A stretch of 64,000 bases of DNA from Hypanus sabinus (GCF_030144855.1 NC_082732.1:29760001-29824000); one strand, 5' to 3'. Positions 36,876 to 49,369 are shown, counted from the stretch's first letter. A program made the numbers and translations. The notes: generated from the letters alone by a model not told the origin.

Positions 36876-38209
36876 TGGGATGCAGAGAGCAAGTCCGTAC
36901 AGCTACATTGTCTTAACAGAAGAGTTTGTGAACAGTATCGTATTCATTTCCAGCCACACTTCAATAAAGATTAAAGTGCATTGGAAAGGGTGCATAAGAG
37001 ATCTGGTAAAAGTATTTCCGGGATGAGGGACCTTGGTGATGTACAAGGACTGATGCTGGGACTTGCTTCTCGGAACACTAACTCTGACCGGAAATCGGAT
37101 AGAGGTATTTAAAATCGTGAAGCATACCGTTGCAGAAGGGTTCCATACTGCGGAGGGAGGGAGAGCGGGGCAAAGAATGAAGATGATTGTGACAAAGGAA
37201 ACAATGTAGCAAGCGAATAAAATCTGGATGCATCTTAAGTCAAATTCAGAATCAATTGCAGTCATCAAAAAGGAATCGGAAAAGCATCTAAAAATATTTG
37301 CAGTGCTAGTACTGTATTTGCAGAGAGCAGCTGGATCGTGCCTCTACCGCTTCGACGGGCCGATGGCCTCCATCAGCGCTTAACTGTCCTGTGGTAGGTT
37401 TGAAGTGAAAATATTCCACACTCGGAAACCAGCCACGCAAAGACCCGCCACTCATTCCTTCCCTTACTCCAGAATCATCTGACTCCCATCCCCCATGAAA
37501 TCTCAGGCCTTTAAGTCATTCTCCGGTATTCTATATTTAACCCCCCAACATCTCAACTGAATTGGAATAACAGGCAAGCTTAATGTTGAAAAACGAAATC
37601 ACTACAATATTAATTTGTAAATAAATTCCCGAATTAATAAAAATTAATAAATAAACCTGGCGGAACTATAACAATCAGCTATTTTTATAAAAATCTGGGT
37701 AAATTAAAGCCAAAAATAGCCCACACGTACGAACAAGGGAGAGTGAATGAGAGACTCGGAATCTCAGAAGGGCACACGTCACCAGAAATACCCTGTCGCT
37801 GTCTCCCCAACACGTGGATATCCCAAATCCACAAGATACTGGAATCTCGATACGACCTCATCATTAAGAGCAATGATTAGCAATACAAAGCAAAAAAACC
37901 ACAATCCCTATTCTTTAGAAAAAAAGAAATACACAATTTAAAACTATTCCTGCGTATTGAACAACAGCAAAATAAAAATAACAGTAAGGTATAAATTTTC
38001 CCGGTTAACCCTCGGCTACCTGGAGGTGCAGGCTATATTGCTGGAGGGAGGACATGGGAGACCGAAGAGACGACGAAACTGACGGGCTCAGTTTCCTGGC
38101 GCGTCTGGGATTTCTCTGCTCTGCCCCATTCCCCGCCCCTGCAACAAGAGCGGGGAGGCAGTCCCGAGAAACGACGTAGAAAACGAAGAGTAAAATCAAT
38201 TGCACTTAC

Positions 38210-38260
38210 CGGAAATCTTAACTCGATAGCTTCACGACCAACTAACCTCGTCAACCCCCT
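38210..38260 (-). other. Candidate non-coding first exon of KLHL21
   Basis: Strong minus-strand donor CCG|gtaagtgc at 38210 inside the CpG-rich region, plus a second donor CAG|gtagcc near 38020. The KLHL21 ATG exon is preceded by a polypyrimidine tract and acceptor (tttttacag| at 12034) that needs an upstream exon. The 5' boundary is a guess. Confidence 0.45.
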
Positions 38261-39439
38261 TTCTATACTTTAGAAATAAATTTGGAGATAAGGGTGGGGG
38301 AAAAAAAAACTTATTGCAAATTCCAGTTTGCAACTATTTCTGGGGGTTGGTCCGGTCACAAACATAAACCAAAGAAAGGAGGGGGTAAAGGAGAAGGAGA
38401 GACTCCTTATTTAACCTGAAACTATGAGTTCACAGTAAACAAAATAACATAGATAAGTCTAATTCTAAATATAATTAATATATATGTATGAATCCAATTG
38501 TTTTAGTTAATGTTTTAAGAAGATGAATGGACGCTTCCTACACCCCTCCCCCCCGGACTGGGAATAGAATGGTTGGGGCTTCATTTGCATGGAGATTAAG
38601 GGTTGACATCAGGATTTTGTTACATTGTATCATTCGGACCGGAGAAAGGTATCCATTTATTTTTAATTATAATTTTCTTTCTTCGATAGCGATTAAATTT
38701 TGCAAGGATACCGTTAGAGCCTCGAATGTGGGAAATCTTTTTATTCAGAAATGACAAACCGCACCGCCAGGGGATCTTTCCAAGGTGGGCTCCAGATCCT
38801 GGAATTTTCCCCCCTTTCTAAATGCTATGGTCAAAGGATTCAAAACTAACTTTATCCCTTATATAGAAGCTTTCTTTTGGGAGATCGCCGGCAAAAAAAA
38901 ATAAACCACCATCGTCAATATTATGTGGGGATTTTCTCTAATTGGAGGCGGGATCAACGTTTATCTCGTATTCATTTATCGGAGAAAGAGAGGGAAATGG
39001 CAGCATCGATTCGAAGTATCAGTAGCGACTCTTTTTTTTTAATATATTTTAGTTGTGTGCAGACACTTTCCTGTGTTTAAATCGGGAGGCTTCTAGTATA
39101 GGATCCTCCCCAGCACTCCACACCAATCTGGGCTCGTTGCTTTAACTGTAAACCGGCTTTCGAAAAGCTTCCAACGCGATTAAATTCCAGTTTAATATCA
39201 GACTTAATATGTGCAGGAATAAAATGAAAGAAAAGGGTTAGGGAAATTCGGGTAACTTTTAAATTTGACCTGCCGCCGCCGCCGCCTCCTCTTCCTCCTC
39301 CATGGCGATTCTCTCTCCCCCCCCCCCCCCCCCCAACCCTGAACTCGTTTGGTTCGTGGCAGGATTATGCTTCGCTCGCTCAAATCTCTTCAGTAGAGGA
39401 AAAATCTATGATTATTGTATCTTTTTTATAATTATAGAG

Positions 39440-39475
39440 ATGGATTCTGAATCGCCTTCAACTTTCGACTCGGAG
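39440..39475 (+). CDS. PHF13: PHF13 coding exon 1
   Basis: ATG GAT TCT GAA...TCG GAG|gtaaga gives MDSESPSTFDSE, phase 0. Resembles the human MDSDS...HPE N-terminus. Confidence 0.85.
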
Positions 39476-41279
39476 GTAAGATCTGATTTAAACAGCATTG
39501 AGGTTGGGGGTGGGGCGGTTGAAGATTATGGTATCTCCTTGTGTTTGATTTTCGTGTATATATAAAATCAAGAAATTCCACTTATAAGATGAAAATTTCC
39601 GTCGATTTCTGTCGGCAGGCGATTCGATTTCAGACCCTAAGGTTTCGGAGTATAGTACAGCGCCTTGCGCCATCTTGTTGATTTGCATATATATTTAAAC
39701 CCCTTAATAATCGGAGAGATAGGTTGGCGATAACGTGTCGCCCACCGCCCTTTCATTGCTGCCTGTCTGAAGTTGGGGATTTGTTGGGGGGGGGGGAATG
39801 TTTCCATTTTAGACCGGTTTTTAAAGTCCTCCCTTCATATGTCTGCTGCCTGTCTGTCCCTCGGAGATCGCCAATCCCTGTGTGTTTTTTTAAAAATAAT
39901 GAATATTCGCCATCTTGCCTCTGACCCTTCCCTTTTTCTGTCTTCCCCCTTTTTGAAAATAATAATCTCATTTTCCTAGTTAATGGTTCGTGCATCTACT
40001 GTCCTCCGCTCTTCTCCCCCTCAGCCCCGAACTCCTACAACACCCCACCCGTCACTATCTTAAGTAATTTCACCAATGCTTGAATGTCCCTACTTCCATG
40101 TATTTTTCAAAAAATCCTTTCGGCGGTACCCTGGGTGGCAACTTAATTCAGTCAAATATAAAGATTTACTACTAATAAATTGTATTAAAATATACAAGGC
40201 TAAATCGGCCCCTTTGTTTGTACAGTCACTCAGAGCTGTTGTATAAGATGGACCCCCTTGGATTTGTTAATTCCCACCGTATAAAATGTGCACGTTTGTG
40301 TGCAACCGAGCAGATCAGCCCCGGGGAAGTATTAAAAGTGAGATTTGATGGAAACGGATGCTTGCCAGGGTAGCTCAGCTTTAAATCTGTAGTGCCGTAT
40401 ATACAATGTTTAGACCGAGAAGTTACGATGTAGGTGGCATTTTACAACTGGGGAAATGAGCGTTTATCTCCAGTTGAAGTCGGCACTCTCCGCGCTAAGC
40501 TAAATTACGCACAGGTTGATAAAACACGGTGCTGTTAAAGTCTTGAGTGCCAGGATTGTGGACACTGGCTTTAATGGTTTCTGATGTCACCAGTTCCCCT
40601 TCTCCACATTTCACTGACAAAATCGAGTTCAGTTTACAGTTTTTCTCCACACAGTTGGGAGTTGCACAGATTTCCAGTGGTAGCTTGGTTTACTTGATGC
40701 ATTTAATATCATTTTACAAATGCCTAATTGTATTTTTGGGACAAACTCGTTGAGCTAGCAATGTTAAGCAACACACAGGATGCTAGAGGAGTTCAGCGGG
40801 TGAGGTAGTATCTCTGGACAGTTGTCCAGATTTCTGCAAAACTTAGAGCATCAAAAAAAAAAGTGCGGGAGGAACTCAGCTGGTCAGGCAGCACTTGTCG
40901 GGGGACTGACATAATCGTCTGCAAAATTTCGGCCTGACAGAAGAAAAGTCCTGCAATGAATTCAGCTGACAATTAACAGAAATCAGTTTGAAAACTTCAT
41001 TCACTGTGGCACAATAATGGCTGACACAAAGCAATAATCTGCTTCGCCCACACCATCCCTGTAAAACACTATAGTTTAAAATGGTTAATAGCAGAAACTG
41101 TACCTCATTGATTAGAGAAAGTAATGTTTGGAATATTAATGAGGTAAGGGAAAAAGGCAGTGAAGAGGACTCAAAATACATTTTAAGACTGCTGACTACC
41201 AATACACATCCAGGGTGCCACTGATCTAGTGTTGAATAAATACATTGCTAACCTTCTTTGTCTCTCTGAATCTTACCAG

Positions 41280-41381
41280 GATTACTCCCCATCTGATAAG
41301 AGGAGCAGAACAGTGGAAGACTTTAACAAATTCTGCACTTTTGTGTTGGTTTATGCTGGGTATATCCCTTGTCCTCAGGAA
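41280..41381 (+). CDS. PHF13: PHF13 coding exon 2 (102 bp), conserved N-terminal domain
   Basis: Acceptor tcttaccag|GAT and donor GAA|gtgagt. Reads [34 protein letters not shown], the signature shared by PHF13 and PHF23. Confidence 0.95.
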
Positions 41382-41483
41382 GTGAGTTTTGGTTATTCTT
41401 ACTACAATTTATGTACAGCTTGATGAGACCACATTTCTAATACTGTGTACAAATTTTGGTAATGCTGCCTGTTAAGAAATATA

Positions 41484-41963
41484 CACTCAGTGGCCACTTT
41501 ATTAGATGCAGGAGGGGAACCTGGTGTGGTCTTCTGCTGCTGTAGCCCATCCACTTCAAGGTTCGAAGTAATGTGTGTTCAGATTTGCTCTTCTGCACAC
41601 CACTGTTGTAACATGTAGTTACTCGAGTTACTGTCATGTTCCTGTCAACTTGAACAAATCTGGCGGTTCTCCTCTGACGTCTCTCATTAACAAGGCGTTT
41701 TATTCATCCTCAGAACTGCCACTGGCTGGATGTTGTTTGTTTATTGAACCATTCTCTATAAACTCTAGAGACTGTTTGCATGAAAGTCCCCTGAGATATT
41801 CATTCCACAGTCAAAGTTACTGAGATCACACTTCTTCCCCACTCTGATGTCTGGTCCAAACAACAACTGAACCTTTATACATTAAGTTGCTGCCACATGA
41901 TTGACCGATTAGATATCTGCATGAATGAGCCGGTGTATCTAATAAAGTGAGTGCCACTGAGTG
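41484..41963. mobile_element. Tc1/mariner-type MITE in PHF13 intron 2
   Basis: TA-CACTCAGTGGCCACTTTATTAG ... CTAATAAAGTGAGTGCCACTGAGTG-TA. No ORF. Confidence 0.85.
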
Positions 41964-42963
41964 TAAACACCTGCTATGAAGATTTGTCAGGCTGGTTCCT
42001 GGGACGGTGAGTCACATCTGAGAAACTTGAGCCTTCCAGGTCTCTGGAGTTTAAAAGAATAAGAGATAACTTAATTGAATCAAAATTCCTTAAGGCAGTA
42101 GATATGGCAGCAAAATTAAGCCATTTAGCTCATCGAGTGTGGCTACTGTTCATTCATGGCTGATTTTTTAAAAACTCCATTCTCCTGTTTTCTCCCCAAA
42201 TCTTGGAGATTGTGTACCCTTGAGAGCTATAAAGATTCAAATGCTGATTCCATACAGAATCCGCGATTTATATATTTCTGACTATGAGAGAAATTGATGG
42301 AGATGAGGAAGGAAAATGTTGAGGTGAATCAGCCTTGACCTCACTCATTTATGCCCACCTCTTCAGTCCCTCTGACAACCAACTGCCCATCCTCACTTAA
42401 CTCCATTCTCAACTCCTCATCCTCTCCCTTCTTTCTCTTAGACACCTCTCACCCTTTACCTGTCCCCTCCTGCTCCCCCCCACCTTATTTAGTCTTCCCT
42501 TTATCTCTTGGCCAGCTCATTTCACTTCCCACTCACTGACTATGTCTTTCTTTCTTCATTCCTCTGACTCCTCCTGAATTTCTCTATCTTCTCCTTTTCC
42601 ATGCTGCCCCCACCCCCCAAACCATGGTCAAAACAAATTTTAACCAGATTCTGCAAAAATCATGCAAGTAACAGGCTGTACCAAAATGATCCATTTTCAT
42701 TGACAGAAATGTTACTGTCTCAGGTCATGGATTCAAAAGTAATTGTGTCAGGGCTAAAGAAAATTGATGCATACCCCAAGTAGCCCGCTCCCATTCTCCA
42801 TTCAGCTCAAGACTGTCAGCCCAGATTGTGTGCTCATGATTTTTAAGTTGGATTTGATCTCACATCTTTCTGAGTGTTAGATGAGAGTTCTTTCTATTGA
42901 ACAATGCTAGACTCCTGTTTATTCTTTGACCTGATAAGATGTGTTGCCTTTTTATCTTTTCAG

Positions 42964-43561
42964 GATTTGCCTCTACGGACCAGCTCCAGTCCTCCTAACA
43001 GCACAGGCAGTACAGCAGATAGTGAGCCCTGGGATCTTCGCTACAATGATCTTCCATTGTCTGTTCCTTCCAAGGCTAAACGCAGGAAAACTCTAACAAG
43101 CTTCAAGCGAGCCAAACCTTATTCATTTCTTAAGCATCACAAATCTGGAGGCTTCCTGCTGCCTGCCTTCAATCGTAGGAAGTCTGACAAGATGAAGAGG
43201 AAGCACAAGGTGAGGACAAAAGAGGAAAGCCCGAGGATAGAACAGCACATCGAGGAACCTGTCAAGCAGGAATCACCCAACCTGGATCCAGTGATCAAAC
43301 AAGAACTCACTGACCATGCTGCAGTGGACACAGCACCAGTTCCTATTAACACAGTATCTCTTGCCCCTGAGCCCCTCACAGACTTCCCAAGCAAAGGCCA
43401 GGACAGTTCTTTTGTGCCAGTTACTGCAACAGAAACAATAAATGAGACGGTAAAAAGTGAAAAAGTGGAACGACACAGAACTGTTTTCCGTCAGGGAAAG
43501 CAGGTTGTGTTCAGGGATGTGGATACAACAGGCAATGACGAGGATATCATGGTGGATTCTG
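42964..43561 (+). CDS. PHF13: PHF13 coding exon 3 (598 bp), basic NLS-like region and low-complexity linker
   Basis: Acceptor ttttatcttttcag|GAT and donor TCT G|gtgagt (phase 1). Reads DLPLRTSSSPPNSTGSTADSEPWD...RRKSDKMKRKHK...VFRQGKQVVFRDVDTTGNDEDIMVDS. Confidence 0.93.
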
Positions 43562-44422
43562 GTGAGTGCCATATACTGATGGCTGTTACTGATGGTCATG
43601 CTTGGGTGTATGTATCTGTGTCACAGACTCAATGTATGTCTTCTGCTTTGGCTGGTACATCTGTTCAAACCTGAGAGTGGGTTGTGCGGACAAGTAATGT
43701 CCCCTGGCATGACCGGGTTAACTGAGGTGATACATGTCTGTCCATAGTGATGTGTAATCATCAATGGAATAACGTACCGTGACAAATATACAGATAGGTG
43801 GTTTATTTTCAAACTATTAATACCAAAACTAACAGCAGATTATATGATTTACAAATTCATAACAATTAAGCATTAACCCTTAAGGATTGTGACAAAGGCC
43901 AGCTTCTGATTGCCAGACCCATGTAATGAATGGTACCTCAATTCTTGGGATATATTTGTAATCTCTAGGAACTGGCAAGGATCAGGACATGATTTTTGCG
44001 TTTGGATTAAATATGTCATAAACTTGCAAATAACTAGTGACAGCCCTCGTTTTATTGCATGGAGCCCGTTCATTATTATCTTTGGTTCGTGTGTTTGGCA
44101 ACTACTTATGCATCACAAATGCAAATAGACTGAAAGGTTCACTTATTAATCCCTGTCATTTAGTGTACATCATGTAGTAAATTCTGGAGTTAAATTTACA
44201 AAAACTAAATGGCATGCTCTCTTCATGAGCAATCATGTCCAAAACTCTATCTCTAGAACGTTGATTGGGTTTGATTCTATTGCTGTTTGGTGCATACCAG
44301 CTCCTCCCTCCCTCCCTTCACCTTTTTCTTTAGTATATAAATTAAGCCACTTGGAATTTAAACTTGTGGGGAAATCACATCCAATCTTTTTTAGATGGCA
44401 ATTACAATTGTACAGGCATCTT

Positions 44423-44436
44423 CCAGTAGAGGGCAC
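44423..44436 (+). promoter_or_regulatory. CTCF-like motif in PHF13 intron 3
   Basis: CCAGTAGAGGGCAC fits the CCASYAGRKGGCRS core consensus and lies in unique sequence. Confidence 0.5.
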
Positions 44437-45289
44437 ATGAGCGATCTCTTTGTACCTCAATTAATAACAAGACTAGTTTTAACTTGCTTTGAGCCATTCT
44501 TCAGATCAACAAACTCTGTGACAACTTGAGATCTTCTTCGTTAGTTAGTAAGACCTTATGTATTTACACACTAAGCCAATTCTTCACTTGATGGTTATTG
44601 GGCAGAGTTGATTCCCTTTTTGCTCTGATGTTAAAAGTAATTATCATTCAGATTATGTATGATCTATTCAGAGTATGTAAGATAATAAAATGTTTGATCT
44701 GATAGAAAGAATTTAAATAGAAATTGTTTGTTTTAGTGATGAGCAGGAGTTCTCAATTTGGGATCCATGGACCATTTGGTTAATGGTAAGGGTCCATGGC
44801 TTTAAAATTTTTGGGAACCCCTGGTCTGGAACAAAAGGGAACAACTTTGACATTAGAACTTGGCTGTTAAGGATAATCTGGAAGCAAGTCACACAAGGGT
44901 ATAGAAAGTCTATAGAAAACTGTAATTAATTATTTCAATTAATCTTTAACATCAGGATATTGAAAGTTACATTTCAAAGCATATTAATAGGTCAGCCCTG
45001 ATCTATCTAAACTGTGGAACTCTTAGTCATTTTCATTCGCTCTCACACCTTTTTTTTTGATATGACAGCTGTTACCCCAACCTATTTCCACAGATGTAGT
45101 AATTATCAGAAAAGCTGAAGTTTGGTCAAACAGTCAAAGTAGAGGTGGTTCTGCTCAACTTAGGACTGAGAAATATTGTTGTCCATGGCCATTGATTAAT
45201 GTAAATAAAGTAAGTCTTCTGCCTGCCCTTTCATGCTTCACTTCAGTGACTATACCAGACCCAATACAGTGCAAGGATAACATTTGCCT

Positions 45290-45540
45290 CTAGGTCAAGG
45301 CACACTCAATGCATTTGAACTAAAGATCTAGGCTTACACTTGCAGTGACAATACTGGGAAAGTGCAACATTGTTGTGAGTGTGGCATTTAAATTGAGATG
45401 GCAGACTGGATTTGCCTTCTAAGTTGGGTGTAAAAATAAAAAATTCCTAACCACTATACTTGTCAATATTTATCTCTTAACTGTCATTGGTTAACCTGTT
45501 TATTGTCACTTTGTTATATATGAAAACAGCTATGCACAAA
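45290..45540 (+). mobile_element. Decayed Deu-domain-type SINE
   Basis: atctaggcttacacttgcagtgacaatactgggaaagtgcaacattg...caatatttatctctt resembles the Deu domain (from memory). Related pieces at ~6195-6290 and ~57060-57150. Confidence 0.45.
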
Positions 45541-45690
45541 GGAATATGTAGTTTTCTCATTCATAATAACAAATACAATCCAAATCAACTGTCAAGGAGT
45601 TCCTCACCTTGTGAAAACTGATGTGGATATTTGCAAGATGTTATTACCTGATGTGAGATAATTAACTTTTGAAAGTTCTCCCCTGAACAG

Positions 45691-45917
45691 ATGATGATTC
45701 TTGGGATCTGGTGACGTGTTACTGCATGAAGCCATTTGCTGGACGTCCAATGATAGAGTGTAATGAGTGTGGTACCTGGATCCACCTGTCCTGTGCCAAA
45801 ATCCGCAAATCCAATGTCCCGGAGGTGTATGTCTGTCAAAGGTGCCGAGACTCCAAATGCGATATTCGACGATCAAACAGGTCCCGGACCGGCTGCAGAA
45901 AGCACTTCCTTGACTGA
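45691..45917 (+). CDS. PHF13: PHF13 coding exon 4: PHD finger (H3K4me2/3 reader)
   Basis: Acceptor ccctgaacag|AT. Reads (D)[53 protein letters not shown]...HFLD*, a C4HC3 PHD finger. Total CDS 963 nt, 320 aa. Confidence 0.96.
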
Positions 45918-48760
45918 GGTGTCAGAAGCTTTTTCTTGATTTGTTTTATACCTGGGAAAGAGAAAAGAGAATCTTGAAATGATAATGAGGCAAAAAACAA
46001 GCCTGTTTTTAAGACAAAAGATCCTGATGGACTTGCTTGGAGACTTCCACCCATTCATGCAAGAATTGCCTGCTTTTTTGACTTTCTTTCTGCACACCCT
46101 CATGGTTTCCATTTCAGAACCTACAAGACTACTATATCAATGATAGTCTTGGCTAGTCCATCATGGGATGGAATTTGGGCATTGGGGGTGGGGTGGTGTG
46201 GGAGGTGGGGGCAAACATGCCAACTACAAACAACATTTCCTTTACCCGTCTGAGCTTTCTGTTGGTTATCACCCTGACTCCACCACCCTCTGAGTACAAA
46301 ATAAGAAAATCCACAAGAGAAAGTAAGGATGGCAATAATCTTAGTTCATCGTTCTCATCTTCCTTCCTCTGCACTCATTTGTTTCATAGTCTCAAGCAAA
46401 CAAAAGGGGCCCAGTGCAATAGACAAAGCCTTAAAACACTCTAAATTGAGAAAGGGGGAAAAAGAATAAGTAATATGTTTAACTAGTAGCCTGGCATTTA
46501 ACAGTGCAATAAAACCTAATAATGCTGTAAGTACACTGCAACTCTTTCATATTCAGTCAGTAAAGGTGGGTTAAAGTATCTTAATTTCCAGCCAGGATAC
46601 ACATTTGATACTATAGCACCTCTCTTCACAAGTGATGTTTGCCTTTTTATTTCATATTTCCTGAATTTTACTGTTGTATCAAGAGAAAACAATGCCCTTT
46701 TTGGTACCGACAATATATTTTGCCCACCTGCATTTAAAAAAAAAATCAATTACAATTGATCCAGGACTAAATATTCTTTCTGGAAAGGTAGATAACTGTG
46801 TTAGAACATTTGGTGGGTGGGTTCTCTTTTTTTGTAGTGTGACTGACATTACTAGAAGGGTTTGGAATGGGGAAAACAACTTGGAATTCTTTTTTTAAGG
46901 TTATTTCTTTTTTTTTATTTTTCAGAAAACTTTACACAGTTTCTGATGCCTAACATTTGGTACTTAAACTCCTACAGTGAGAAGGAGAAAATAAGATCTT
47001 TAGGAGCTAGTTTTTAAATGGTCATTGAATTAATTTCCATCTTTATGTTGTTTACAGACTATAACATTAAACTGCTGGTTGAAAGTTAGCTGTTTAAAAA
47101 GTCTGTTTACAATTAAGTTTAGACGTGCTGTATTTTTTAAATCATATCTGTTGATGGTACATTAAATCTGTTATGGCAACATACTGGAAATAATTCAGAA
47201 TAGCAAGTCAAGTTAAAAGTTTATGTGAGTAGGAGATCACCATCTATTGAAGTGTCCCCATAACATTCATCTGTTTTTTTTTAATGTGGTCTTCTAGCTA
47301 CGTGAAGGGGATTGTCTTTCTTGTGCAATGTTCCTTCTCTATATATTGCAAAATGTATATTGCCATAAAATATTGTACCTGCATTTTTATTTTCTGTTTT
47401 ATCCTACGGATATTTGCCAATTTGGATCTTCTCAATCCTGACATTAGTAAACTCACTTACGAGAAACAGCTCCCAAACTTTTGCCTATGGATAAAGTAAA
47501 TGAAATGAGAATTCTCCCCTTAATTTACATCTCACCTGCTTGCCCATCTTTGTTTTCTGTGTCTTACCACTATAACCAATGATCTAGGCTAGCTAGACGT
47601 AACTATGGGGATAAAAGATATAGTGGGTACAAAAAGATGTCTGACAATCAATCCCCTTTGCACTAATGCACACAAGATTAATTTGCCTCCTCAGTCACTC
47701 ATTCAAATAATAAAAAATTTCATCCACCAGAATATTCTCTTTTCTCCCACCCCACCCCATATTTTGCCACTACAAGAAAAGTGTGAACTGGTCGTCTCCC
47801 TTGTCAATAAATCTACCTCCTCAAACTTACTGGGATGTGAGGAAACAATCATTTTATGAGGGGAAAAGCCCGTGTTCATTTCCCATTGAAAATCAGATAA
47901 GATTCTGAACCTTTAGTACCACACACAAAACGCTGGAGGAACTCAGCAGGTTAGGCAGCATCTATGGAGAGGAATAAAGAATCAACATTTCAGGCTGAGA
48001 TGCTTCATCAGGACTGGCCCATAGATTCTGCCTGACCTGCTGAGTTCCTCCAGCATTTTGTATGTATTACTCTGGATTTTCAACATCTGCGGAATCTCTT
48101 GTCCCTTTAGTCCTTCCTAGTTGTGATTGCTGGCGTTTGCATTGTTGGACAATGAGCAAGGACAGAGATGAGGTCAGGTGTGTTAATCAGAGAGAATTAA
48201 TTCACACACGCACGCACTCACTAAAGGCTTGAGATGTAAATAATAGCTGGAATGGCCAGCAGATGGAAGGTGACTGATCCCTGTAAAACTGTTGAAAGAA
48301 AGTCAACTTAATCAGGAGATAAAACCCATATCTGACACATATACAATTTAATTCATAAGGATCCCAGAAATCTATCGTAGTAAATCATAGTTGTAAAATG
48401 TTCCTTGGTATGTGATCAAAACTCATTTTATCACACTCTTCCAGAGGAAAACTTATCCTAGCCGCAACCCCATTTTAGTTACTTTAATGAGGGTGACTTT
48501 TATAAAGCAGCTTTGCAACTTTACAAGGACTGGTGGGTGCTTTTGCTCCCAATGGGAATATCTGCAGTACTTTGTCATGCAAGACTAACAAGTCTCTGAT
48601 TTAGGGACGCTTTGCAGTGATGTTGCAAGGAATGTTGAAATGTCTCCATGGAAGGTTTATCAAAGCGGAACAAAGAAAACCTTGTTTCTGTGAAACTTTG
48701 TACGTGTATATCGGAAGTTATTTTGTAAATAAAGATTTAACTATTGGTATTTTAATTGAT
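45918..48760 (+). other. Probable PHF13 3' UTR
   Basis: AT-rich and mostly unique sequence after the stop. AATAAA at 46508-46513 and 48728-48733 (ttttgtaaataaag), with several miRNA seed matches. The end point is inferred. Confidence 0.5.
47918..48100. mobile_element. Palindromic PLE-derived element downstream of the PHF13 stop
   Basis: cacacacaaaacgctggaggaactcagcaggttaggcagcatctatgg ... ccatagattctgcctgacctgctgagttcctccagcattttgtatgt. Confidence 0.75.
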
Positions 48761-49369
48761 GAACCTGTTATGACTCTTTTTCCCTTTCTCACACCATATT
48801 AAAGGAAATCAAACCAAAGGAACAAATGCACAAGGGACTGATCCTGAGTAAAATTCTCACTATATTTCTCAAGACCCTAGATCAGGTAGGGAACTATTAG
48901 ATGTAGAATGATACACTTTGCACCTAATCTCAATGGTTCCCCTTAATAAGTATCCTTACATTTTCACTCGACATATATTCAGATTAACACGTGAGCATTG
49001 GTGAGGGAAAAAGTATTGGTTGAAAATACCTGCCTTTATTCATGTTGGTAGATGTGTATATGCAAATAGTGTAGAATAATTGCTTGTGGTGGAAAGTCTT
49101 ACCACAGTGTTATTTGTCACCCAGCAAGTACAGTGTCATTTATAGAATTACCATAGAGTTCTACAGAAAAAGAAAAATTAAATATCTAGTAGATGCAGCA
49201 ATTAGTGGATGCATCTGGTGGTTCAAGGTGTCAAGGTGTTATTTTGACTTGACACAAAGGTAGGGGGTACAGCAAAATAAGGAGGTGAGATGCAGAACAA
49301 ATAAGGTTGCACCCCTGAAAGTGAAAGTTTGCATACATCCAATGAGAAGTAACACAATGCAGACTGGAG

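Larger units (their letters stand above)
37980..39950. promoter_or_regulatory. CpG-rich divergent promoter region between KLHL21 and PHF13
   Basis: CpG density rises sharply relative to the CpG-depleted flanks. Contains GC boxes (ccccgcccc ~38130, ggggcgg ~39512), a (GCC)n tract at ~39272-39286 and YY1-type CGCCATCTTG at 39668 and 39908. No recognisable TEs. Confidence 0.75.

Noticed and set aside
39259-39303. Minus-strand MEEEEEAAAAAG micro-ORF as a coding first exon of KLHL21
   Set aside because: The donor (gtcaaa) is weak, and a phase-1 join to the 12034 acceptor is out of frame with KLHL21.
2806-39797. Numerous G/C homopolymer runs (e.g. ~2806, 6725, 7976, 18499, 29681, 36421) as functional G-quadruplex elements
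   Set aside because: They occur indiscriminately, including inside dead TEs; they look like a genome-wide slippage feature, and their lengths are error-prone.
42904-43674. 256-aa ORF as a single-exon gene
   Set aside because: It is PHF13 exon 3 plus read-through into the flanking introns.
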